NCBI GenBank assembly: GCA_965279375.1
Contig: OZ257156.1
Location: 3,264,001 to 3,328,000 of the forward strand
Direction of reading: 5' to 3'
Length of the DNA: 64,000 nt
Origin: Gemmatimonas sp.
GTDB lineage: Bacteria; Gemmatimonadota; Gemmatimonadetes; Gemmatimonadales; Gemmatimonadaceae
In this document: positions 14,253 through 25,033 of the stretch, piece by piece
How positions within the stretch are numbered: position 1 is the first letter of the stretch
How the letters are laid out: each line of letters begins with the position of its first letter
Made by a program: the position numbers and the translations under genes
Notes under the pieces: generated by a model
Databases searched by the model: none
Told to the model about the DNA's origin: nothing
What the model saw: only the letters and a program-made list of their open reading frames with translations

Positions 14253-15962
14253 GTGGTGGGGCTCATGCTGCGTCGTCGTCGGTCTCTTGTGAGCAGCGTG
14301 CTCACGGTCGTGTCGTGTGCGAGTGCGGTCGTGCTGCAACCGCGACCTGCATCCGCGCAGGTGGCCTCTACCTCCGCGTCGGTCACGCCAACGCCACCCG
14401 GATGGCCGAGCGGTCGCGCCGGCGTGCGCTTCGCGGTGCGTGTGCCGGGGAGCGTGCGCGCAGAGCCGACAACCGGCCGCGTCTTCGTGGTGCTCTCGCG
14501 GACGAATCAGACTGAGCCGCGCCTGCAGATCGGCCGCATCGGCACGCCGTTCTTCGGCCACGATGTCGAGCGTGTCGCGCCCGGCGCTGAGATGGTGGTG
14601 AGCGGTACCGATCTGGGCCATCCGGTCTGGGATCTCGCAGATATCCCCGCCGGCGAGTACTGGGTGCAGGCGGTCGTGAACGTGTATTCAGAGTTCAAGC
14701 GCGCCGACGGCAAGGTCGTCTGGATGCACGACGACCAGTGGGAAGGGCAACAGTGGAATCGCTCGCCGGGGAACCTGTACTCGGTGCCGACCAAGCTCAC
14801 GATCGATCCCATGAAGCGCGCGACAATCGCGCTCGTTGCCGATCAGAAGATTCCGCCGATTGCGCTGCCGGCCAACACGACGTTTGTGGAGCGCTTTCGG
14901 CTGCAGTCGCCGATGCTCACCAAATTTTGGGGGCGGCCGATCTACGTTGGCGCGACTGTGCTGCTGCCACGCGACTACAAGACCTCGACGCTCAACTATC
15001 CCGTGTTGTACGAACAGGGGCATTTCTCCACGGGCGCGCCGCTGCGCTTCGAGGAAACCAATGAAGTTGGCAAGGAGTGGGTGAAGGACGATTTCCCGCG
15101 CATGCTCGCCGTCACCTTTCAGCATCCCACGCCCTACTTCGACGATTCGTACGCCGTCAATTCCGTGAACAACGGACCGTACGGCGATGTGGTCATGCAG
15201 GAGCTGATCCCCGAGATCGAGAAGCGCTATCGCACGATCCAGCAGCCATGGGCGCGCTGGCTGCACGGCGGCTCCACCGGCGGATGGGAAGCGCTCGCGT
15301 TGCAGATTCAGCAGCCCGACTTCTTTGGCGGTACGTGGGCGTACTGCCCCGATCCAGTCACGTTCACCGACGTGGAGGGGATCAACATCTACAAGGATCA
15401 GAACGCATTCTACAAGCAGATCACCGAGTTCCATCGCACGCCGACGATCAACTCGCGCGAGATCAATGGCGAAGTGCGCCAGACGTCGCAGCAGCGCAAT
15501 TGGATGGAGTTGGTGAACGGCACGCGTGGTCGCTCGGGGCATCAGCTCGACATCTGGTCGGCCACCTTCGGACCGCTCGGCGATGATGGCTACTTCAAGC
15601 CCGTCTTCGACAAGCGCACGGGCCGAATTGACGCCAGCGTCGCCGCGTACTGGAAGGAGCACTACGACCTGCTCTACTACCTCCAGCAACACTGGAGCAC
15701 CGTCGGTCCCAAACTCGTAGACAAGCTCCATATCTATGTGGGCGACGCCGACACGTACTTTCTTGATCGCGCCACGCGTGAGCTCGAAGCGTGGATGAAA
15801 ACCACCCAGGCACCGCACTACGAGGGCTACTTCCTGTACGGCGATCAGAAGCCGCACTGCTGGTCCGGTCCAGTCTCCACACCGCAACGGCTGAAGGAGA
15901 TGGCGATGCATGGCATGCGACACATGCCCGCCGGGACGACGACTCCGTGGTGGCGTTACTGA
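14253..15962 (+). CDS. Secreted alpha/beta hydrolase (putative esterase, Fes/enterochelin-esterase-like)
   Basis: Signal peptide, 'VLLPRDY...YPVLY', 'ELIPEIEKRY', nucleophile elbow 'GGSTGGW'; start could be up to a few codons later. Confidence 0.78.
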   Translation: MVGLMLRRRRSLVSSVLTVVSCASAVVLQPRPASAQVASTSASVTPTPPGWPSGRAGVRFAVRVPGSVRAEPTTGRVFVVLSRTNQTEPRLQIGRIGTPFFGHDVERVAPGAEMVVSGTDLGHPVWDLADIPAGEYWVQAVVNVYSEFKRADGKVVWMHDDQWEGQQWNRSPGNLYSVPTKLTIDPMKRATIALVADQKIPPIALPANTTFVERFRLQSPMLTKFWGRPIYVGATVLLPRDYKTSTLNYPVLYEQGHFSTGAPLRFEETNEVGKEWVKDDFPRMLAVTFQHPTPYFDDSYAVNSVNNGPYGDVVMQELIPEIEKRYRTIQQPWARWLHGGSTGGWEALALQIQQPDFFGGTWAYCPDPVTFTDVEGINIYKDQNAFYKQITEFHRTPTINSREINGEVRQTSQQRNWMELVNGTRGRSGHQLDIWSATFGPLGDDGYFKPVFDKRTGRIDASVAAYWKEHYDLLYYLQQHWSTVGPKLVDKLHIYVGDADTYFLDRATRELEAWMKTTQAPHYEGYFLYGDQKPHCWSGPVSTPQRLKEMAMHGMRHMPAGTTTPWWRY

Positions 15963-16009
15963 TCGGTCCATCGAATACAAGGCTCCCCACCTTTACGGAC
16001 AGAGAACGA

Positions 16010-18991
16010 ATGCGAAAGACATGGTTCGCACTGTGTGCCGTGCTATGGCTGACCGCCACGGCGACGGCCACGAGCGCGCGCGCGCAAGGAAGCCTCCGGT
16101 TGTTGACCGGCTCGGTAGTCGAAGAGGGCTCGAACGCCCCGATTCCGTCGGCGCAGATTCAGGTGCGCGGCTCGACCGCGGGCGCACTCACGCAGGAGGA
16201 CGGCAACTTCTCCATTCGCGTGGCGTCCGGTGACGTCGTGCTCTCGATCAAGCGCATCGGCTATCGCCCGATCGATCTGACGGTGCCCGCCTCACAGAGC
16301 AGCGTGAAGATCGTCATGCGCAAAGACGCGCTCAAGCTCGATCAGGTGGTCGTGACCGGCCAGGCGACGGGCATCTCGCGACGCAATCTGCCCAACTCCG
16401 TGGCGAGCGTCAGTGCCGAGCAACTCGCCAAGGTCTCATCCGCGGCGATCGATCAGGCGCTGCAGGGCAAGGTGGCCGGCGCGCAGATCTCGACCAGCAC
16501 GGGCGCGCCCGGCGGCGGCAACCGCGTGCGCATTCGCGGCATCTCGTCCATCCTCGGCAATGCGCAACCGCTCTACGTCATCGACGGCGTGATCGTCAGC
16601 GACGTATCGATCGGCAACGGCACCAACAAGCTGACGCGCGCGGCCGGTACTGCCATCTCTGCGGTCACGCAGGAAGCGCCGGTCAATCGCATCGCCGACT
16701 TGAATCCGAACGACATCGAGTCGGTCGAAATCCTCAAGGGCTCCGCGGCTGCGGCCATCTACGGCTCTAAGGCGTCGGGCGGTGTCATCCTGATCACCAC
16801 CAAGCGCGGTCAGGCCGGTCGCCCCAAGTACAACTTCCGCACAGGGCTCGGCGGCAACTCGCTCGCGTATCGCAACGGGTCGCGGAAATTCAATTCACTC
16901 GCCGACGCCACGCTCGCCTTCGGACCGCGCGCCTCGGAGTTCTACGATGCCAATCGCTTCATCGACTACGAGAGCCTGGCGTACGAGAACAAGCCGGTGA
17001 ACAGCGAGAACACGCTGTCGGTGAGCGGCGGAACACAGGACACGCGTTACTTCATCTCGGGTACGTCGCGCCAGGAGCAGGGTATCGTGCGCAACTCGTA
17101 CGCCAAGAAGACGGGCGTGCGCATCAACCTCGATCAGAAGCTCTCGAGCACACTCGACTTGCAGGTGGGCGCGGAAGTGTTGCGCACGCTGAGCGACCGC
17201 GGCCTGTTCGGCAACGACAACGCCGGCAACTCGGTGGCCTACACGCTGACCAAGGTGCCCAGCTTCCTCGATCTGCGTCGCAACGCCGACGGATCATGGC
17301 CGGTGAATCCGTTCTACAACTCCAATCCGTTGCAGACGATCGACCTGGTCAAGAACCAGGAAGGCGTGTGGCGCTCCATCACGACGGCGCGGTTGACGTG
17401 GAATGCGTTCTCCAACAACAAGCATGACATCAAGTTCGTCGGCTACGGCGGTACCGACGTGCTCGCGCAGCACAATGAAGTGTACGCGCCGCCCGAGTTG
17501 CAGTTCGAGCCGCTGGACGGCCTGCCCGGTACGACCGTCGTCTCCGACGGCAACAACACGCAGGGCAACATGAACCTGAACGTCGTGCACGTGTGGCGGC
17601 CGCGCGAAACGATCAGCGCGACGACACAGTTCGGCACGCAGTACGAGCGTCGCAAGTTCAACTCCAGCCGCAGCTCTGGGCAGGGCCTGCTTGGTGGACT
17701 GCAGGTCGTGACGTCGGGCACAGTGCGTGATATCGACGAGAGCCGAGTGCTGACGGAAGACTTTGGTCTCTTCGGGCAGACGGAAATCTTGTGGCGTGAA
17801 CGTCTGCTGCTGACGGCCGGTGCCCGTGCCGATCGCAGCTCCAACAACGGTGACCCGGGCGCGTTCTATCTCTTCCCCAAGGGTTCGGCGTCGTATCGCA
17901 TGCCCGCGTTGATGCCGGGAAAGGTGGACGAGCTCAAGCTGCGCCTCGCGTACGGCGAGACGGGTAACCAGCCGTTGTACGGACAGAAGTTCACCTCGCT
18001 CGATCTCTCCAACATCGGTGGCTTGGGAGCGTTCCGCGTCGGTACCGGTCGTGGTGCCTCGAGCATCCGCCCGGAACGTCAGCGCGAAATCGAAGCAGGC
18101 TTCGACGCCACGATTCTTGGCAATCGCGGCACCATCGACTTCACCGGCTTCCAGCGCAACATCAGCGACCTGCTGATCACGCGCACGCTGCCGCCGACCA
18201 GCGGCTATTCCTCGGAAGTTTCCAACGGCGCATCGATGCGCGTCTGGGGTCTCGAGACGTCCGTGTCGCTCTTCCCGGTGCAGAAGTCCAATTTCTCGTG
18301 GAATACGCGAGTGAACTGGGGCATGAACCGCAGCAAGATCACCGATCTGCCTGTGCCCGCGTTCCTGCTCGGCACCTTCCAGGTAGGTGCCGTACGCATC
18401 GAAGAAGGGAAATCGGCCACGCAGCTCATCGGTAACGACACGTTGCCGCAGTCGCCGCGTCAGCTGTATCCCAACGGCGTGCTCATGGGCGATGGCAATC
18501 CGAAGTGGAACGGCGGATGGAGCAACGAAGTCCGCATGGGCCGCTTCTCCGCCTTCGCGCTGATCGACCGCCAGCAGGGCGGCATGCTCGCCAACGGCAC
18601 GTGGCGTCACTACGACCTCGGCCAGAACTCGCGCGACTTCGATGCGCCGGGTCCTGTCGCGGGACAGAGCCTCGGCAACTTCCGCCGCAACACGTATCTC
18701 GTCGTGACGCGCATCTACTACCAGGATGCGAGCTACACGAAGCTGCGTGAAGTGACGGTCGGATACGATGTACCGCCGGCCCTCGTCCAGAAGATCTGGG
18801 GACGTGCGCAGAGCGCCAAGATCCAGCTCTCGGGTCGCAACCTGTATTGGTGGACCAAGTTCCGTGGCGGCGATCCGGAAGCGTCGAACTTCGGTGCTGG
18901 CAACGTGCCCGACGCCATTCAGCGCAATCGCGAAATTGCGGCCTATCCGGCCAGCAAGAGCTTCTGGCTCAACTTCAACGTGGAGTTCTGA
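16010..18991 (+). CDS. SusC/RagA family TonB-dependent outer membrane transporter
   Basis: Carboxypeptidase-regulatory-like N-domain, TonB box 'LDQVVVTG', plug 'PLYVIDGV', 'DIESVEILKGSAAAAIYGSKASGGVILITTKRG', terminal Phe. Confidence 0.95.
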   Translation: MRKTWFALCAVLWLTATATATSARAQGSLRLLTGSVVEEGSNAPIPSAQIQVRGSTAGALTQEDGNFSIRVASGDVVLSIKRIGYRPIDLTVPASQSSVKIVMRKDALKLDQVVVTGQATGISRRNLPNSVASVSAEQLAKVSSAAIDQALQGKVAGAQISTSTGAPGGGNRVRIRGISSILGNAQPLYVIDGVIVSDVSIGNGTNKLTRAAGTAISAVTQEAPVNRIADLNPNDIESVEILKGSAAAAIYGSKASGGVILITTKRGQAGRPKYNFRTGLGGNSLAYRNGSRKFNSLADATLAFGPRASEFYDANRFIDYESLAYENKPVNSENTLSVSGGTQDTRYFISGTSRQEQGIVRNSYAKKTGVRINLDQKLSSTLDLQVGAEVLRTLSDRGLFGNDNAGNSVAYTLTKVPSFLDLRRNADGSWPVNPFYNSNPLQTIDLVKNQEGVWRSITTARLTWNAFSNNKHDIKFVGYGGTDVLAQHNEVYAPPELQFEPLDGLPGTTVVSDGNNTQGNMNLNVVHVWRPRETISATTQFGTQYERRKFNSSRSSGQGLLGGLQVVTSGTVRDIDESRVLTEDFGLFGQTEILWRERLLLTAGARADRSSNNGDPGAFYLFPKGSASYRMPALMPGKVDELKLRLAYGETGNQPLYGQKFTSLDLSNIGGLGAFRVGTGRGASSIRPERQREIEAGFDATILGNRGTIDFTGFQRNISDLLITRTLPPTSGYSSEVSNGASMRVWGLETSVSLFPVQKSNFSWNTRVNWGMNRSKITDLPVPAFLLGTFQVGAVRIEEGKSATQLIGNDTLPQSPRQLYPNGVLMGDGNPKWNGGWSNEVRMGRFSAFALIDRQQGGMLANGTWRHYDLGQNSRDFDAPGPVAGQSLGNFRRNTYLVVTRIYYQDASYTKLREVTVGYDVPPALVQKIWGRAQSAKIQLSGRNLYWWTKFRGGDPEASNFGAGNVPDAIQRNREIAAYPASKSFWLNFNVEF

Positions 18992-18994
18992 CCC

Positions 18995-20398
18995 ATGACG
19001 ACACTCCACACCTCCGCTCGCGTGAGCACACGTCGCAAGGCCGCAGTGCTCGCGCTGCTCGGCGTATCGGCGCTCTTCGCCGCTTGCGGCGAGATCACGG
19101 TACCCAACTACAACTCGCCCAACGTCGACGGCCTGCTCGAAAAGCCGGACGCGGCAAGCATCAACACCACCGTCGTCGGTCTGCTCGTCGGATCGCGCGC
19201 CACGGTTGGCGGCTACGCGCAAACACTCGGCATCTTCGGGCGTGAGATGTACAACCTCGATCAAGCCGAGCCGCGCAATTTCCTGTCGCTGCTCGTGGAA
19301 CCGCTCACGCCGGGCGGCTTTGGCGTCGATGTGGGCTGGTCGGGCACGTACCGACAGATCCTCACCGCGCAGACGATTCTCGACATCGTCGACAAGGCCT
19401 CGGATCTCACCACGCCACAGAAGGAAGGCGTGAAGGGATTCACCAAGACGATGATGGCGCAAGCGTACATCGATCAGCTGCGTGTGCGCGACACCTTCGG
19501 CATCGTCCTGGCGGTGGACCCAACCGCAAAGACGCTCGGCGATTTCGTCACGCGTGATGCGGGGTATGCCAAGGCTGCCTCGCTGCTCGACGAGGCGAAA
19601 ACGCACCTCGGCGCTGCGGGTACCACGTTCTCGTTCTCGCTCACCAGCGGACACGCCGGCTTCAATACACCGGCCACGTTTCTGCGTGTGAACCGTGGAC
19701 TCAAGGCACGCCTGGAGACGTATCGCGGGCAGTGGAACGACGCGCTCACCGCACTCGGTGAGTCGTTCATCAACACGGCGTCGCCGACGGCCGCATCGCT
19801 GGCGACGGGGGTGAATCACGTCTACACCACCGCCTCGGGTGATGCGACGAATCCCATGTTCGATGCCTCACCGCGAGCACTGGTCGCCCACCCGTCGTTC
19901 CTCGCCGATGCGCAGCGCCGCGCCGATGGATCTGCGGATTTGCGCACGTCAAAGGTGGCCACCAGCACAATCACGCTCACCAGTCAGGGCGTGAGTTCCA
20001 ACACGCGGCTCAACCTCGCGGCCACCAACGTGGCCTCGATCTCGTTCCTCCGGAACGAAGAGCTGATCCTCATGCGTGCGGAAGCCAACATCGGCTTGGG
20101 CAATCGCGCGGCGGCGATCGCGGATCTGAACATCATCCGCACCGTCTCCGGCGGTCTCGCACCGCTGGCCGCCGACTTCGCCGGCAACCTGGTGGACGAG
20201 CTGCTGTACAACCGTCGCTACTCGCTCTTTGGCGAATACGGGCACCGTTGGGTAGATTCGCGACGGTACAACCGGTTGGCCTCGCTGCCCAAGTTCGCGG
20301 CGACGCATCGGATCTATCCCATTGTCCCGATCCCGGCCGACGAGTGCAACCAGCGCACGCCGGCTCCGAAGGGATGCGTGCAGGTCAGCGGACAGTAG
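18995..20398 (+). CDS. RagB/SusD family outer membrane lipoprotein
   Basis: Lipobox 'LFAAC', 'LRNEELILMRAEA', 'RRYSLFGEYGHRWVDSRRY'; directly follows susC. Confidence 0.92.
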   Translation: MTTLHTSARVSTRRKAAVLALLGVSALFAACGEITVPNYNSPNVDGLLEKPDAASINTTVVGLLVGSRATVGGYAQTLGIFGREMYNLDQAEPRNFLSLLVEPLTPGGFGVDVGWSGTYRQILTAQTILDIVDKASDLTTPQKEGVKGFTKTMMAQAYIDQLRVRDTFGIVLAVDPTAKTLGDFVTRDAGYAKAASLLDEAKTHLGAAGTTFSFSLTSGHAGFNTPATFLRVNRGLKARLETYRGQWNDALTALGESFINTASPTAASLATGVNHVYTTASGDATNPMFDASPRALVAHPSFLADAQRRADGSADLRTSKVATSTITLTSQGVSSNTRLNLAATNVASISFLRNEELILMRAEANIGLGNRAAAIADLNIIRTVSGGLAPLAADFAGNLVDELLYNRRYSLFGEYGHRWVDSRRYNRLASLPKFAATHRIYPIVPIPADECNQRTPAPKGCVQVSGQ

Positions 20399-20427
20399 TC
20401 CTGGCGTAGCGTAGTATCTGCATCGCG

Positions 20428-20469
20428 AACGGCGCGGGCTTCTTCTCGAAGCCCGCGCCGTTTGTGTTT
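20428..20469 (+). terminator. Rho-independent terminator after susD
   Basis: Perfect 15-bp stem AACGGCGCGGGCTTC / GAAGCCCGCGCCGTT, 5-nt loop, followed by TGTGTTT. Confidence 0.85.
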
Positions 20470-20678
20470 GCGTGAGTGCAACCGGCGAACGCAAGCTCGC
20501 GGTGTCGTTCGACGCAGAGGGCACACCTTCAGCCGGGAACGGAACAGCCCGCTGCATCGCTCAGACCACACCCGTGGCCGCTCGTCAGGAGAGATCGCCC
20601 ATGAAGTCAGGGCAATCCCGATGTGCACGTGTGATTGCGCAGTGCATCCTGACTGCACCCTCATCAAGGAGTGCCGCC

Positions 20679-21599
20679 ATGTCTGCATCAACTTCGCGCG
20701 AGTACATCGCCACGTCGCGGTATGAGGGGACGAGCACCAACGCCCCGATCCTGATTGCGTCGGACGCCTCGCCCGATTCGGACGCCGCGTTTCCCATGGC
20801 GATGCAGCTGACGACCTCTACCCACGCGCCGGTTGAGGTGTTGAGTGTGCTGCGCCCGTTTTCGATGCCGATGTACGTGGTCGATGCCACGCCGGTGCCG
20901 GCCGAAACGGAGGAGGCGATTCGCTTCGGCAGGGAAGGGGAGCTCCACTCGCAGATCGAGCGCCTCGTGGCGCCGGAGTTGAGATGGCCAGTCAACGTCG
21001 TGACGGGAGATCCGATCGAGGCGATTGTTGGTCACGCTGAGCGCATTCACGCGCAAGTCATCGTCACCGGACGAGGCCGACACGGCGCCATCGAGCGGTT
21101 GCTCGGCGGTGAGTCCATCATGCGCATGCTGCAGGTGGGGAATACGCCGGTGCTCGCCGTCGAGGACGGTCAAGAGTGGTTGCCGCGACGCGTGGCCATC
21201 GCGACCGATTTCAGCGAGCAGAGCGCGCGCGCGGCAAAGCTGGCATGCTCGCTCGTTGCGCCGGACGCGACCGTCATGCTCGTGCACGTTGCGCCGCCGT
21301 TCGATGCGGTCGATTCGGCACTGCACGAGCGAGCCGACGAGTACAAACGTCACGCCGAGCGGGAGTTCGCACGGATCCGCGCAGAACTTCCCGTGCGCGA
21401 ACAGAGCGTGCGCGAGATCCTGTTGGCCGGCAATCCATCGGACGTGTTGCTCGCGCTGCTGGACATGCACGCCATCGAACTGGTGGCACTGGCCACGCAT
21501 GGATACGGATTCGTGCGTCGCATGCTGCTGGGCAGCGTAGCGGCCGCCATGATTCGCCGCGCGCCCTGCTCGGTGCTGTGCGTGCCGGGACACCGATAG
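20679..21599 (+). CDS. Tandem-domain universal stress protein
   Basis: Two USP domains: 'ILIASDAS...GRGRHGAIERLLGGES' and 'AIATDFSEQS...ATHGYGFVRRMLLGSVA...APCSVLCV'; AAGGAG RBS before ATG 20679. Confidence 0.9.
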   Translation: MSASTSREYIATSRYEGTSTNAPILIASDASPDSDAAFPMAMQLTTSTHAPVEVLSVLRPFSMPMYVVDATPVPAETEEAIRFGREGELHSQIERLVAPELRWPVNVVTGDPIEAIVGHAERIHAQVIVTGRGRHGAIERLLGGESIMRMLQVGNTPVLAVEDGQEWLPRRVAIATDFSEQSARAAKLACSLVAPDATVMLVHVAPPFDAVDSALHERADEYKRHAEREFARIRAELPVREQSVREILLAGNPSDVLLALLDMHAIELVALATHGYGFVRRMLLGSVAAAMIRRAPCSVLCVPGHR

Positions 21600-21806
21600 T
21601 CGGACTCTGTGGGCCGGCGCATGGCCGAGCCCGCCATCGGAGACGTTGCGCCACGCCCCAGCTCGCTCTGTCACGACATCGTTGCGAAATTGCGTGATGT
21701 GGACGGCGGCGTCCGGGCTACCTTAGGGCGAGTCCTGTCCAGTCGACTGCCGCGCAGCTCGCGCTGCGGTCTCGTTGTACGGTTCCATTCCCTCCCGATC
21801 CCATCC

Positions 21807-24800
21807 ATGCGTATTCGTTCGAAAGCAGCAGTCTTCCTCGCAGCGGCGGCGCTGTTCGCGGCCTGCTCCGATCGGGGCCCGGTGGTCCCGAGTGCGGCGC
21901 TGATGCCGCAACTGCAGATCAATGCCTCGCCCACGGGCGTTCGAATCAGCGAGATCCACTACGACAATGCGGGCGCGGATGTCGGCGAAGGCGTGGAGAT
22001 TTCGGGGCCTGCGGGAACGGATCTGACGGGCTGGAAAGTGGTGTCGTACAACGGCAATGGTGGGGCGGCGTACGACACGAAGACGCTGAGCGGTTTGATT
22101 CCCGCGACGCCGGGCTGTGGCGTTCGCGGCGTGGTGACGGTCGCGGTGGCCGGGCTGCAGAATGGCGCGCCGGACGGTGTAGCGCTGATCGACGCAAGCA
22201 ATGCGGTGGTCGAGTTCCTCTCGTATGAGGGAACGTTCACGGCGGTCGGTGGCGCCGCCAACGGCATCGTGTCCACGGACATCGGGGTGGTCGAAGTCGG
22301 CACCGAAGCGGCCGGACTCTCGCTGCAGCGAGGCGGGGCGTCCGGTGGCTGGACCGGTCCCGTCGCCGCCACGTTGGGCACCTGCAACGACAACGGTGCG
22401 CAGCCGGTCGTTGACCACATCAACGTTGCGCCTGTTGCGCCGAGCATTCAGGTGGGCGCCACGCAGCAGTTCACGGCGACCGCATTCGACGCAAGCAATC
22501 AGCCGATCCCGGGCGTCACGTTCACCTGGTCGAGCGGCACGCCGGCCACGGCGACGATCAGCTCGACCGGCCTGGCGACGGGTGCTGCGGTCGGCACATC
22601 GGTCATCACCGCGACGTCCGGCAGTGTCTCTGGGACGTCAACGCTCACCGTGACCGCCGCGCAGCAAGTCGTGGTGGACCGCGTCGTCGTGTCGCCCGTT
22701 GATCCGTCGATCGTGCTTGGCGCGACCGTGCAGTTTTCGGCGCGTGCCTTCGACGCGGCGAACGTGGACGTCAGCGGCAGCGTGGCATTCGTGTGGAGCA
22801 GCGGCACTGCCGCGACGGCGAGCGTGTCGGCGGCCGGTCTCGCAACGGGACTCGCGGCGGGCAGCTCGGTGATCAGCGCAACCGCCGGGGGCAAGACTGG
22901 TACGTCGACGCTGACGGTCACCGTGCCGAATCTTCCGCCGACCCGCTTCACCGAGATTCACTACGACAACGCCGGCACCGACGTCAACGAACGCATCGAG
23001 ATTGAAGGTCCGGCCGGCACGGATCTGACCGGTTGGAGCGTCATCCTGTACAACGGCAACGGTGGCGCGTCGTACGACACGTTCTCGCTCACCGGCACGA
23101 TCCCTGCCACCTGCGGCGCACGCGGTGTGGTGGTCGTGAGCTATCTGCAGGACGGCATTCAGAACGGAAAGGCGACCAACGGCACCGGTCAGTCCGACGG
23201 TTTCGCGCTTGTGAACGGCGCGGGTCAGGTGGTCGAGTTCCTTTCCTACGAAGGCACCCTCGTTGCCACCTCGGGGCCGGCAAACGGCACGACGTCGGTC
23301 GATATCGGTGTGCTCGAAGACGGCGTGCCCCTCGCGCAGTCGCTGCATCGCAATGCTGGTGGCATTTGGCAGAGCGCATCGTTGGCTGACTTCGGCGCGT
23401 GCAACAGCGGTGGCGGCACGCCGCTGTCCAACAACAGTGTGTCGTTCACCGGACGGCTCACCACCGACCAGTTCCTCCCAGTCGGCTTCCAGGACCAGCT
23501 GTTCGCCAACGTGCGCGATGCGAGCGGCACGGCGGTGTCGACCACGATCACCTGGTCGTCGCTGACGCCGTCGGTGGCCAGCATCGATGCAACGACCGGC
23601 GTGATGACGTCTCTCGCGGCAGGATCGGCGCGCTTCCGTGCGACGGGCGCTGACGGCTCACAGGGTGACTATGTCCTGCCGATGGATGTCGCGACGCCGA
23701 GCGCGCTGGTGTACGCCGGTAACACGGCCTTCGGTGAACCAACGGATGCTGATCCCAGCGACGACTTCCTGATTCGCCGTCGCGAGTTCACCAGCTCGTA
23801 CAGCCGCATTCGCAACACGCCCAACTACGTGGCCTATCAGTTTGACGCCACGCACGTGGGCGCAGGCGCCGATCGCTGCGACTGCTTCACCTTCGATCCG
23901 ACGCTTCCGTCGAGCTTCCCGCGCTACACCACGGCGGACTACACGGGGGCAGGAGCGTTTGCGGGCTTCGGCATCGACCGCGGCCACCTCGCGCGCTCCT
24001 TCGATCTGACCGCCGGCACGCTCGACAATGCGTCGTCATTCCTCTTCTCCAACATCATCCCGCAAGCGGCCAGTGTGAATCAGGGCCCGTGGGCGAAGTT
24101 CGAGAACTTCCTCGGCAACGAGGCGACGGCGAACAACAGAGAGGTGTACATCATCGCTGGTGTGGCGGGCAAGCTTGCCGGCCCCAATGGCACCGTGAAG
24201 GGACTCGGTCTCATCACCGTGCCCGCTTACGTGTGGAAGGTGGCCGTCATTCTTCCGCGCGATCAGGGGCTCGCCGACGTGGTCAACGGCACCGAGCCGA
24301 CCGTGGTGGCGGTGGTCATGCCCAATGACCCGAGCGTGAGCATCAGCTCCGACTGGCCGCCCTTCCAGGTCACCGTCGATTCGGTTGAAGCATTGAGCGG
24401 CTACAATGTGCTCGCGCTCCTGCCGGACTTCATCGAGACGCAGCTGGAGAAGGGCAATCGCTTCCCCACCGCGCGCTCGGGCGGAGCGTACACGGGCGTG
24501 GAAGGCACGGCGCTCGCGTTCAATGGCGCCACCTCCACCGATCCCGATGCTGGCGATGTCCTGACGTATGCCTGGAGCTTTGGCGACGGCACCGTGGGCA
24601 CGGGCGCCACGCCGACGAAGAGCTACGTCAACAACGGTGTCTACACCGTGACGCTGACCGTCACCGATCAGGGCGGCGCGTCGAGCACGAGCACGACGAC
24701 GGCAACGATCTCCAACGCCGCGCCGGTGGTCACGCTTACGCCTGCCGCATCGTGGAAGGCTGGCATCGCGTCGAGCATCGGTGTGAAATTCTCCGATCTG

Positions 24801-25007
24801 AACTCCAAGGACTCGCCGTTCATCGTGCGCATCAATTGGGGTGACGGAACGGCGCTCACGCAGTTTGCGTCGACGGTCGTTCCCGTCACACCATTCGCTC
24901 GACCGCACGTGTACGCGTCGGCCGGCAGCTACACGGTCACGGTCACCGTCACTGATCGCGATGGCGGTGTCGGTACGCAGACGCTCTCCGTCACGGTGCA
25001 GCCGTGA
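21807..25007 (+). CDS. Surface lipoprotein DNA/RNA non-specific endonuclease with lamin-tail-like, Ig-like (Big_2) and PKD domains
   Basis: Lipobox 'LFAAC'; two 'EIHYDNAG.D..E.IEI.GPAGTDLTGW' domains; Ig repeats 'TWSS..ATA...TGLAT'; nuclease 'DRGHL...SNIIPQ...NQGPWAKFE'; PKD 'YAWSFGDG', 'INWGDG'. Confidence 0.9.
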   Translation: MRIRSKAAVFLAAAALFAACSDRGPVVPSAALMPQLQINASPTGVRISEIHYDNAGADVGEGVEISGPAGTDLTGWKVVSYNGNGGAAYDTKTLSGLIPATPGCGVRGVVTVAVAGLQNGAPDGVALIDASNAVVEFLSYEGTFTAVGGAANGIVSTDIGVVEVGTEAAGLSLQRGGASGGWTGPVAATLGTCNDNGAQPVVDHINVAPVAPSIQVGATQQFTATAFDASNQPIPGVTFTWSSGTPATATISSTGLATGAAVGTSVITATSGSVSGTSTLTVTAAQQVVVDRVVVSPVDPSIVLGATVQFSARAFDAANVDVSGSVAFVWSSGTAATASVSAAGLATGLAAGSSVISATAGGKTGTSTLTVTVPNLPPTRFTEIHYDNAGTDVNERIEIEGPAGTDLTGWSVILYNGNGGASYDTFSLTGTIPATCGARGVVVVSYLQDGIQNGKATNGTGQSDGFALVNGAGQVVEFLSYEGTLVATSGPANGTTSVDIGVLEDGVPLAQSLHRNAGGIWQSASLADFGACNSGGGTPLSNNSVSFTGRLTTDQFLPVGFQDQLFANVRDASGTAVSTTITWSSLTPSVASIDATTGVMTSLAAGSARFRATGADGSQGDYVLPMDVATPSALVYAGNTAFGEPTDADPSDDFLIRRREFTSSYSRIRNTPNYVAYQFDATHVGAGADRCDCFTFDPTLPSSFPRYTTADYTGAGAFAGFGIDRGHLARSFDLTAGTLDNASSFLFSNIIPQAASVNQGPWAKFENFLGNEATANNREVYIIAGVAGKLAGPNGTVKGLGLITVPAYVWKVAVILPRDQGLADVVNGTEPTVVAVVMPNDPSVSISSDWPPFQVTVDSVEALSGYNVLALLPDFIETQLEKGNRFPTARSGGAYTGVEGTALAFNGATSTDPDAGDVLTYAWSFGDGTVGTGATPTKSYVNNGVYTVTLTVTDQGGASSTSTTTATISNAAPVVTLTPAASWKAGIASSIGVKFSDLNSKDSPFIVRINWGDGTALTQFASTVVPVTPFARPHVYASAGSYTVTVTVTDRDGGVGTQTLSVTVQP

Positions 25008-25033
25008 CGTTCTCACTCTCTTTTTCCGCACTC

